NCBI GenBank assembly: GCA_947630955.1
Contig: CANRJK010000002.1
Coordinates: forward strand, 1 to 40,158
Origin: an uncultured Bacilli bacterium
Lineage (GTDB): Bacteria > Bacillota_I > Bacilli_A > RF39 > UBA660
Direction: 5' to 3'
DNA: 40,158 nucleotides
Position 1 is the first letter of the stretch. Every line of letters begins with the position of its first letter. Shown piece by piece: positions 25,674 through 33,758 of the stretch. The notes under the pieces were generated by a model that saw only the letters and a list, made by a program, of their open reading frames with translations, searched no databases and was not told the DNA's origin. Both the position numbers and the translations under genes were made by a program.

Positions 25674-25965
25674 AGATGAAGAAAGTAGGTCCTTCATTAC
25701 TATTTATTAAAGTTTCATTTAAAGCTAAATCATTGGTTGTTGTATTTTCAATATCAGCTTTTTTAAATTCATTCATAACATTAAACATTGTTTTTAGATT
25801 TTTCATAATCGGAGACATTTGTTTTACCACTGGAATAGTTTGATTAACAAGATTTAATGTTTTTGATGCTCCATTTATAATCGAACTAAAACTTATTCTA
25901 CTTAGTAAACTTGGTGCTGCTGTTTCAACTGGTATTGAATATAAATAAGGATTGTAAAAATTCAT
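25672..25965 (-). CDS. VrrA/YqfQ family protein
   Basis: The core TLNLVNQTIPVVKQMSPIMKNLKTMFNVM resembles B. subtilis YqfQ (VLNTAQQVGPMIQQYGPLVKNLPSLWKLY) from memory. AAGGGGG RBS. Synteny next to sigA/trmK. Confidence 0.6.
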   Translation of the reverse strand: MNFYNPYLYSIPVETAAPSLLSRISFSSIINGASKTLNLVNQTIPVVKQMSPIMKNLKTMFNVMNEFKKADIENTTTNDLALNETLINSNEGPTFFI

Positions 25966-26019
25966 ATGTAGCCCCCTTGTATCATAGTATATGATATTTA
26001 TCTAAAAAAGTTTATGTTA

Positions 26020-26880
26020 TTAATAAAAAATAATGATAATTAAAACTGTCAATAAAGCATGAAAAAGTCTTGAAAATAAATAGGGTATATAGCGGATATT
26101 TAACTTATTTAAAATACCATATACTTGAAAATGAATACATATTCCTCCAAAGGATAAAAGAAATCCACTTATTAAAGTTTTAAGTTTTAAACTTAAATTT
26201 AACGTATTAAGATAATTTAGTCCTTGTGATAACTCTAAAATAACATTAAAAAAGGGGATATTAATTATTGATGAGATAATAAAAAAAGTTACAATTGTTC
26301 CTAAAATAAATAAAAGAGTTGATATAGCTGAATTGATTGAAGTTGTAAGAGCTTCTGCTAACTTAATATTTGGAGGATTAACTTCTTTTTGAACTTTCTG
26401 ACTGATATATTTATTTCGAATAATAATTCCAATAATAACATTACTGATATAATGCGCAAATAAAACTAATAATGTATGGTCTTTAATCATTCCCATGATA
26501 AATAAAGGATTAGAAAAATGGGAGAAAAGAATAATTTTTTGAACATCATTTATATCAATTAGATGCATATCATACATTTCCATCGCGATTTTAGCGTTAC
26601 TTGGAAATCCAGAAATAATACTCATAAAAAAGATATAAGATGTATTGTTATTTAATCTAAATAATTTTATGCATAATTTGCCAAAGAAAAAATTAACATA
26701 TTTAATGAAATTGAGATTTATTAACATTGATGATATAATGAACATAGGAAATAAAGATGGAAATATTTTGTTTAAAAATAAATCGCAAGCTTTAATGATA
26801 TTAACACTTACTAAAGGATAATTTTTAAATAGTGAAAATGTTAGTAGTAAAACAGCTAAAAGAGTTATTTTTTTAATCAT
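26020..26880 (-). CDS. YlbJ-like sporulation integral membrane protein (nucleoside-recognition/Gate domain)
   Basis: Polytopic membrane protein. The N-terminal motif ACDLFLNKIFPSLFPMFIISSML matches the YlbJ-type opening. Shorter (286 aa) than B. subtilis YlbJ as I recall it. Lies near a ylbL-like gene. Confidence 0.55.
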   Translation of the reverse strand: MIKKITLLAVLLLTFSLFKNYPLVSVNIIKACDLFLNKIFPSLFPMFIISSMLINLNFIKYVNFFFGKLCIKLFRLNNNTSYIFFMSIISGFPSNAKIAMEMYDMHLIDINDVQKIILFSHFSNPLFIMGMIKDHTLLVLFAHYISNVIIGIIIRNKYISQKVQKEVNPPNIKLAEALTTSINSAISTLLFILGTIVTFFIISSIINIPFFNVILELSQGLNYLNTLNLSLKLKTLISGFLLSFGGICIHFQVYGILNKLNIRYIPYLFSRLFHALLTVLIIIIFY

Positions 26881-26910
26881 AGTAAATTATATTTATTTCC
26901 TAAGAAAAAT

Positions 26911-26939
26911 TTGACAAATGTTATAAAACGTGCTATGAT
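26911..26939 (+). promoter_or_regulatory. Near-consensus SigA promoter for the repeat lipoprotein gene
   Basis: -35 TTGACA (26911-26916), 17-nt spacer, extended -10 TGcTATGAT (26931-26939). Confidence 0.65.
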
Positions 26940-26969
26940 AACTCACATCTCATAAGGAAGGGGGATTAT

Positions 26970-28070
26970 ATGCTAGAGTTAAATAGAAAAGCATTAAAAA
27001 AAGTTTTTAGTGGTAAATTTAAATTAACTAATTTTGTTAAAAGAAGAGCTTCTAAAATAATTTTAACTTCAGCCGTTGCCTTAACAATGTTAACCGGTTG
27101 TGGTGATAAGAAGAGTACGGAAACTAATGAACCACCAAAAGAGCCAAAAGTAAAAACAGAAAGTAGTACTCCAGACGAAAAAGAAGTTAAAGAAACTAAG
27201 AAAGATTTAGAAAAAGAAAAAAAGACTATTGCTTTCTTATCTGATTCTTTAAAAATATCTGATTTAAAAGTTAAAAATGGATTAGATACGGCTAAAGAGG
27301 CTGCTAATATCGATGTTGCTGGTATTGCTATGGCTGTTGATGAACAAGGTAATATTATTAGTGATAAAGCATCTGGTAGTGAAATTTTAGTTTCTGAGGT
27401 CTATGATAGAGATGTTCATGTAGCTAGCGATGGCGATTTATATGTTAATAGTCCATCCGCACCAGATGAAATATCAGATGAATTAGATGGTAAATACCTT
27501 GCTCCAGATGGTTCATATTGGGAATCAGAACAAGATTATTTAAATCAAATAAATGGTGATGAGGTTGTCACTGTAGAAGGTACTGGTACTACCGAAGATG
27601 TTATTGTTGCTGAAGGAGATAGTTACCGAGCTCCAGATGGTTCATATTGGGAATCAAAGCAAGAATATGATGAATGGGCAAGATATAATAGTGACGTTGC
27701 AACAAACGATAGTTTAGTTGATGGTGAAGCTAATTATTATACAGCTCCAGACGGAAGTATTTGGGAGAGTGAACAAACTTATAACGAATATATTGGTAGT
27801 GTTAATGAACAAACACCAGAATCTGATAATAATTATTCTCAAGATGAAAACTATGGTTATGAAGCTCCAGATGGCAGTATTTGGGAAAGTGAACAATCTT
27901 ACAATGAATATATAAATGGTATTGATGAACAAGTAACAGAATCTGATAGTAACTATGATGAAAGTGTTCAAGATGACAATAATTACTATACAGCTCCAGA
28001 TGGAAGCTTATGGGCCAGTGAATCAGACTATAATGATAGTTTAAGTGGTGAAGCTAGTTATACAAGATAG
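26970..28070 (+). CDS. Acidic lipoprotein with five APDGSxWESEQxY repeats
   Basis: Strong RBS AAGGAAGGGGG. Lipobox LTMLTGCG. The C-terminal half carries Y(L/R/T/E)APDGS(Y/I/L)W(E/A)SE(Q/S)xY five times. Confidence 0.8.
   Translation: MLELNRKALKKVFSGKFKLTNFVKRRASKIILTSAVALTMLTGCGDKKSTETNEPPKEPKVKTESSTPDEKEVKETKKDLEKEKKTIAFLSDSLKISDLKVKNGLDTAKEAANIDVAGIAMAVDEQGNIISDKASGSEILVSEVYDRDVHVASDGDLYVNSPSAPDEISDELDGKYLAPDGSYWESEQDYLNQINGDEVVTVEGTGTTEDVIVAEGDSYRAPDGSYWESKQEYDEWARYNSDVATNDSLVDGEANYYTAPDGSIWESEQTYNEYIGSVNEQTPESDNNYSQDENYGYEAPDGSIWESEQSYNEYINGIDEQVTESDSNYDESVQDDNNYYTAPDGSLWASESDYNDSLSGEASYTR
27495..28040 (+). repeat. Five in-frame tandem-like repeats with a 114-129 bp period
   Basis: GCTCCAGA(T/C)GG begins at 27501, 27630, 27744, 27864 and 27993. 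Units 3 and 4 (about 27740-27835 and 27860-27955) are alignable along their whole length. Confidence 0.8.
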
Positions 28071-28090
28071 TAGAAATACTATCTTTTTTT
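28066..28090 (+). terminator. Rho-independent terminator of the repeat lipoprotein gene
   Basis: GATAGTA (28066-28072) pairs with TACTATC (28077-28083), then T7. Confidence 0.7.
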
Positions 28091-28127
28091 GGCGTTTTGT
28101 GTTATCATTTTTATGGTGTTGAAACTT

Positions 28128-29171
28128 ATGAAAAAGATAGAAATTTTTGAACTTGTAGAAGAGCCAAAAGAAAAAAGAACAACTTTAAAAAGGTTTATTG
28201 TAAATTTTATTATTATTTTTATCGTTGTTTTTTTAAGTTTTTATGAATTTCCTTATTATATTAGTAAACCAGGTGGTTTAGATAATATTAATAATAGAAT
28301 TGAAATTGAAAACGCTAAAGAAGCCCAAGGAAGTATCAATTTAACATACGTAAGTGAATTAAAAGGAACATTACCTTTACTCCTTTTAGCGTATTTAATT
28401 CCTGATTGGGATATTGTTTCTAAAGAAGAAGAAAATATTGGAACTTTAGATTATGATACAATGTTGATTAGAGAAAAAGAATTACTGAAACAATCTTACA
28501 TGGATTCTATCAAATATGCCTATGAAAAAGCTCATAAAAAAGTTATTGTGACAAAAGAAAATTGTTATGTTGCGTATGTCGATGAGAAAACTAAAAGCGA
28601 CTTTAAAGTAGGCGATCAACTAATTGAAATAGATGGTGTAAACATTAATAAATTAGATGATTTTATTAATGTTACAGCAAACAAAAAAAGTGGAGATAGT
28701 TCTAAAGTAGTGGTTTTAAATAATAAGAAAAAATATACACGTCAAGCTGAATATTATGCTGATTCTGATGGTAGGCCAATTATTGGAATTGGGATTGCTT
28801 CAGAATATGAATTAGAAACTGATCCTAAATATAAATTTACTTACAGTAAAAATGAATATGGACCAAGTGGTGGCTTAATGATTGCTTTAGCGGTTTATAA
28901 TAGTTTAACTGAACAAGACATTACTGCAGGTAAAAAAATAGCTGGTACAGGAACACTTGACTCTTCAGGAAATGTAGGATTAGTAGGTGGTATTGAGTAT
29001 AAACTTAAAGGCGCTAATAAAAATCATGCTGATGTTTTCCTTGTACCTTTTGGTGAAAATTATGATGAAGCTATGAAAATTAAAAAGAAAAATAATTATA
29101 AAATAGAAATAGTTGGTGTTAAAACCTTTGATGAAGCTTTAGAATATCTAGAAAAAAATCTTCAAAAATAG
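28128..29171 (+). CDS. YlbL/SepM-type membrane-anchored PDZ plus Lon-like (S16) serine protease
   Basis: TM near the N-terminus, a PDZ-like segment (FKVGDQLIEIDGVNI) and a Lon-protease C-terminal domain (GPSGGLMIALAVYNSL...IAGTGTLDSSGNVGLVGGIEYKLKGA). The start is ATG 28128 or ATG 28113; the track start 28089 is unlikely. Confidence 0.85.
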   Translation: MKKIEIFELVEEPKEKRTTLKRFIVNFIIIFIVVFLSFYEFPYYISKPGGLDNINNRIEIENAKEAQGSINLTYVSELKGTLPLLLLAYLIPDWDIVSKEEENIGTLDYDTMLIREKELLKQSYMDSIKYAYEKAHKKVIVTKENCYVAYVDEKTKSDFKVGDQLIEIDGVNINKLDDFINVTANKKSGDSSKVVVLNNKKKYTRQAEYYADSDGRPIIGIGIASEYELETDPKYKFTYSKNEYGPSGGLMIALAVYNSLTEQDITAGKKIAGTGTLDSSGNVGLVGGIEYKLKGANKNHADVFLVPFGENYDEAMKIKKKNNYKIEIVGVKTFDEALEYLEKNLQK

Positions 29172-29213
29172 ACTTTGGTCTATTTTTTGTGTTAAAATGA
29201 AGTTGGTGATATT

Positions 29214-31754
29214 ATGAAGATGTCGGATGTAGATTTAAATAAAATAACGCCAATGATGCGTCAATATATAGATATAAAAAATAAAAATAAAGATATTATT
29301 ATTATGTTTCGTTTAGGGGACTTTTACGAAGTTTTTTTTGAAGATGCTATTTTAGTATCAAGAGAATTAGAACTAACGCTAACAGGTCGAAGTGCTGGTT
29401 TAGAAGAAAGAGTTCCCATGTGTGGAGTGCCTCATCATGCCGCTGATGTCTATATTGAAAAATTAGTTGATAAAGGTTATAAAGTTGGAATTTGTGAACA
29501 ATTAGAAGACCCAGCTACTGCTAAAGGAATTGTTGAACGTGGCCTTATTCAAATTATTAGTAAGGGAACAGTAACAAGTTTAGAAGCCTTAAAAGAAAAT
29601 GATTTTAATTATATTGGAAGTATCTTGGAATTTCCTAATGCTTATGGACTATGTTATACCGATATAACAACTGGTATCATTTATGTTACTTTACTTAATC
29701 ATCATGCTAGTAATTTAGTTAGTGAAATTGTTTCTTTAAATTTAAAAGAAGTTATAACAACTTCTAAATTAGATTCACAGATAATTAATATTTTAGAAAA
29801 ACAATTTAAAATTGTTATAAGTATAAGTGATGATATTAATGAAATTAGTGAATATAAATACGTCTATGAAGATCTTAGTGATGAACGTATGGTTAGAGTA
29901 GTAAAACATTTACTAACCTATATAACAGCTACTCAAATGCGTTCTTTATCACATATTCAAAAAGCTATTATTAAAGAAAACAAAAATGTCTTAAAAATGG
30001 ATATTCATACTAAAAGAAATTTAGAGTTAACAGAAACATTGAGACTAAAACAACGAAATTATTCTTTAATATGGGTTCTTGATAAAACTAAAACGGCGAT
30101 GGGAGCTCGTTTACTTAAAACTTATATTGAAAACCCTTTAATTGATAAAGATGAAATTAATAAACGTTATGATATTGTTGAAAAATTATTGAAAGAATTT
30201 ATCTTACGTGAAGATTTAAAAAATTATCTTTTTGATGTTTATGATATTGAAAGATTATTAGGTCGAATTGCTTTTGGTAATGCTAATGCGAGAGATTTAC
30301 TTCAATTAAAAGCTAGTTTAAAAGTTTTACCAGCCATTAACAAAATATTAGAACAAATTAATTATACAACTTATGATTCATTAGATGATTTATATGTACT
30401 ATTAGAAAAAGCTATTTATGAAAATCCTCCTATTGGTGTTAAGGAAGGTTATTTAATCAAAGATGGTTATGACGAACAATTAGATGAATTAAAACAACTT
30501 CGTAAGGGTGGAAAAGATTTTGTTGCCAACTTTGAAAAAGAGGAAAAAGAGCGAACGGGTATTAAAAATTTACGTGTTGGATATAATAAAGTTTTTGGAT
30601 ATTATATTGAAGTATCCAAAGGCTCTATTAGTCAAGTAAAAGAAGAATATGGCTATGAAAGAAAACAAACCTTAACGAATTGTGAACGTTATATTAGTCC
30701 TATTTTAAAAGAAAAAGAAGCTTTAATTTTAAATGCTGAAGAAAGAATTATTGACATTGAGTACCAATTATTTACACAAATTAGAGATGAAATAAAAAAA
30801 TATATTCCTAAATTACAGGAAGTATCGAGAATTATTAGTGAAATAGATGTTCTTCAATCTTTCGCGACGGTAGCTGAAGAAAATAATTATATTAGACCAA
30901 CTTTAGTTTCGAAACGTAATATTTATTTAGTTTCTAATCGCCATGCTGTTGTTGAAAAGGTCTTAGATAGTGAGTATGTATGTAATGATATTATAATGGA
31001 TGAAAAAACTAATATCGAACTCATAACAGGTCCTAATATGGCTGGTAAAAGTACTTATATGCGTCAACTTGCTATTACTGTTATTATGGCTCAAATAGGT
31101 TGTTTTGTTCCTGCTAAAGAGGCTAGCTTACCTATTTTTGATGCTATTTATACACGTATAGGGGCAAGTGATGATTTAGTTAGTGGGGAATCAACTTTTA
31201 TGGTTGAAATGAAAGAAGCTAATAATGCGATAAGTAATGCAACTAGTAATAGTTTAATCTTATTTGATGAATTAGGTCGTGGAACTGCTACTTTTGATGG
31301 TATGGCTTTAGCGCAAGCTATTATTGAATATATTCATGACCATATTAAATGTAAAACATTATTTTCAACACATTATCATGAATTAACTGACTTAGAAAAT
31401 AACTTAGAAAATTTAAAAAATATTCATGTAAGTGCTTATGAAGAAAATGGCAATATAACTTTCTTACATAAGATTGAAGCTGGTAGTATTGATAAAAGTT
31501 ATGGTATCCATGTAGCTAAATTAGCTGAATTGCCAATTAAATTAATTAATCGAGCAGCTGATATTTTAAAAGTATATGAGGCTAAAGAAGAAAAAAGAGA
31601 TATTAAAATTCAAGAATCTTTGCCTTTAGATGAATTATATGATGAAAAATCACCTGTTTTAGAAAAATTAGATACAATTGACCCTTTAATGACAACACCA
31701 ATGGAAGCTTTAACGCTTTTAACAGAACTTAAAGAATTAGCTAGTAAAAACTAA
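29214..31754 (+). CDS. mutS: DNA mismatch repair protein MutS
   Basis: TPMMRQY...GDFYE mismatch-binding motif, Walker A GPNMAGKST, DELGRGT and STHYHEL. Confidence 0.95.
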   Translation: MKMSDVDLNKITPMMRQYIDIKNKNKDIIIMFRLGDFYEVFFEDAILVSRELELTLTGRSAGLEERVPMCGVPHHAADVYIEKLVDKGYKVGICEQLEDPATAKGIVERGLIQIISKGTVTSLEALKENDFNYIGSILEFPNAYGLCYTDITTGIIYVTLLNHHASNLVSEIVSLNLKEVITTSKLDSQIINILEKQFKIVISISDDINEISEYKYVYEDLSDERMVRVVKHLLTYITATQMRSLSHIQKAIIKENKNVLKMDIHTKRNLELTETLRLKQRNYSLIWVLDKTKTAMGARLLKTYIENPLIDKDEINKRYDIVEKLLKEFILREDLKNYLFDVYDIERLLGRIAFGNANARDLLQLKASLKVLPAINKILEQINYTTYDSLDDLYVLLEKAIYENPPIGVKEGYLIKDGYDEQLDELKQLRKGGKDFVANFEKEEKERTGIKNLRVGYNKVFGYYIEVSKGSISQVKEEYGYERKQTLTNCERYISPILKEKEALILNAEERIIDIEYQLFTQIRDEIKKYIPKLQEVSRIISEIDVLQSFATVAEENNYIRPTLVSKRNIYLVSNRHAVVEKVLDSEYVCNDIIMDEKTNIELITGPNMAGKSTYMRQLAITVIMAQIGCFVPAKEASLPIFDAIYTRIGASDDLVSGESTFMVEMKEANNAISNATSNSLILFDELGRGTATFDGMALAQAIIEYIHDHIKCKTLFSTHYHELTDLENNLENLKNIHVSAYEENGNITFLHKIEAGSIDKSYGIHVAKLAELPIKLINRAADILKVYEAKEEKRDIKIQESLPLDELYDEKSPVLEKLDTIDPLMTTPMEALTLLTELKELASKN

Positions 31755-31794
31755 TTCTTTTTTGCTTATAAATCAAGCTAAAAACGCGTTTTGT

Positions 31795-31823
31795 TTGTCA
31801 AACTTTTTTTTTTCTGTTATAAT
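31795..31823 (+). promoter_or_regulatory. Near-consensus SigA promoter for parE-parC
   Basis: -35 TTGTCA (31795-31800), a 17-nt spacer containing T10, extended -10 TGtTATAAT (31815-31823). AAGGTGG RBS before ATG 31839. Confidence 0.65.
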
Positions 31824-31838
31824 GATTAAGGTGGTAAT

Positions 31839-33749
31839 ATGGCAAAATATGATGAGTCTTCAATTAAAATACTAGAAGGTTTAGAAGCAGTAAGAAAAAG
31901 ACCTGGTATGTATATTGGCTCAACCGATAAAAAAGGGTTACATCATTTAGTATGGGAAATCGTTGATAATTCTATTGATGAAGTCATAAATGGTTTTGGT
32001 AAAAAAATAAAAATAATTTTACATGCTGATCATAGTGTTAGTGTCGAAGATGAGGGTCGTGGTATTCCAGTTGGAAAGCACGCTAATGGAATGGACACTC
32101 CTGAAGTTATCTATACTATTTTACACGCAGGTGGCAAATTTGAAACTAGTGGTTATAAAGTTTCTGGTGGCCTACATGGTGTTGGTGCTTCTGTTGTTAA
32201 TGCTCTATCTAAATGGATGGAAGTAACTATTCGTAAAGATGGTTATGAATATTTTATATCATTTAAAAATGGTGGTAAAGTCAATCAAAAATTAACCCGT
32301 GGTAGTAAAACATCTAAAACAGGAACGAAAGTTCGTTTTATGCCTGATGATGAAATCTTTTCAACAACTAATTTTTCTTTCACAACTGTGTGTGAAAGAA
32401 TGCAAGAATGTGCTTTTTTACTTCGTGATTTAACGGTTGAAGTTATTGATGAAGAAGATAAAAAGCAAGAAGTGTATCACTATGAAAATGGCTTACAATC
32501 TTTTGTTGAATATATAAATGATGATCGTAAAGTATTACATAAAGTCGTTGAATTTAATGGTTTAAAAGATAAAATTGATGTAGCAATTGCTTTTCAATAT
32601 ACTGAAGCTTATAGTGAAAACATTGTATCATTCGTTAATAATGTTAAAACAAGTGATGGTGGTTCTCATGAAGTTGGTTTTAAAACTGCCTTAACGCGTG
32701 TTTTTAATGACTATGCTAGAACGAATGGTTATCTAAAAGCTAAAGATAAGAATTTAGAAGGACCAGACACAAGAGAGGGATTAACAGCTGTTATAAGTTT
32801 ACAAATTCCTGAATCTTTGTTGCAGTTTGAAGGTCAAACTAAATCTAAATTAGGTACACCTTCTGCTAGGACAGTTGTCGAAAGTATTGTTACAGAAAAA
32901 CTACAATATTTTTTAGAAGAGAATAAAGACGTTGCAACCAAAATCTTAGAGAAAATGGTTAAAAGCAAAAATGTTCGTGAGGCTGCTAGAAAAGCTAGAG
33001 ATGAAGCTCGTAATGGTAAAGATAAAGGTAAAAAAGAAAGAATTATTAATGGTAAATTAACACCAGCTCAAACACGTAACCCAAAAGTTAATGAACTTTT
33101 TTTAGTGGAAGGAGATTCAGCTGGTGGTAGCGCGAAAACAGGTCGTGATCGTAAATACCAAGCTATTTTACCTTTACGTGGAAAAGTTTTAAATACTGAA
33201 AAAGCTAGTTTAGAAGAAGCTTACAAAAATGAAGAAATTAATACAATGATTCATGCAATCGGAGCTGGAGCTGGAAGTGATTTTGATATCAATGATAGTA
33301 ATTATGATAAAGTTATTATTATGACTGATGCCGATGTTGATGGTTCACATATTCAAATTTTATTACTTACTTTTTTCTATCGTTATATGAAACCTTTAAT
33401 TGAGACAGGGCATCTTTACATTGCTATGCCTCCTTTATATAAAATAGAATGTGGTAAAGAAGGCGAATATGCTTGGACTGAAGAAGATCGTAAATTACTT
33501 TTAGAAAAATTTAAAGGTAAGCAAACTAAAACACAACGTTATAAAGGTTTAGGAGAAATGGATGCTACTCAATTGTGGGAAACAACAATGGATCCTAAAA
33601 CCCGCAGTTTGATTAAAGTTAGTATCAGTGATGCGGCTTTAGCCGAGAAAAGAGTTTCTGTTTTGATGGGTGATAAAGTTGATCCTAGAAAAGATTGGAT
33701 TGAAGAGAATGTCGAATTCTCACTAGAGGATAATTATAAAATTAATTAG
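31839..33749 (+). CDS. parE: DNA topoisomerase IV subunit B (ParE)
   Basis: GHKL ATPase (LEGLEAVRKRPGMYIGST, GLHHLVWEIVDNSIDE), TOPRIM (LVEGDSAGGSAK, IMTDADVDGSHI). Called ParE rather than GyrB because it sits with a ParC-type A subunit. Confidence 0.8.
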   Translation: MAKYDESSIKILEGLEAVRKRPGMYIGSTDKKGLHHLVWEIVDNSIDEVINGFGKKIKIILHADHSVSVEDEGRGIPVGKHANGMDTPEVIYTILHAGGKFETSGYKVSGGLHGVGASVVNALSKWMEVTIRKDGYEYFISFKNGGKVNQKLTRGSKTSKTGTKVRFMPDDEIFSTTNFSFTTVCERMQECAFLLRDLTVEVIDEEDKKQEVYHYENGLQSFVEYINDDRKVLHKVVEFNGLKDKIDVAIAFQYTEAYSENIVSFVNNVKTSDGGSHEVGFKTALTRVFNDYARTNGYLKAKDKNLEGPDTREGLTAVISLQIPESLLQFEGQTKSKLGTPSARTVVESIVTEKLQYFLEENKDVATKILEKMVKSKNVREAARKARDEARNGKDKGKKERIINGKLTPAQTRNPKVNELFLVEGDSAGGSAKTGRDRKYQAILPLRGKVLNTEKASLEEAYKNEEINTMIHAIGAGAGSDFDINDSNYDKVIIMTDADVDGSHIQILLLTFFYRYMKPLIETGHLYIAMPPLYKIECGKEGEYAWTEEDRKLLLEKFKGKQTKTQRYKGLGEMDATQLWETTMDPKTRSLIKVSISDAALAEKRVSVLMGDKVDPRKDWIEENVEFSLEDNYKIN

Positions 33750-33758
33750 GAGTGAAAT

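Noticed and set aside
31804-31813. T10 homopolymer in the parE promoter spacer, and A9 at 13255-13263 in the mraZ promoter spacer, as possible slipped-strand phase-variation switches
   Set aside because: Both control essential housekeeping operons, where on/off switching is implausible. Homopolymer runs of this length are expected by chance in DNA this AT-rich. Worth noting only if read data show length heterogeneity.
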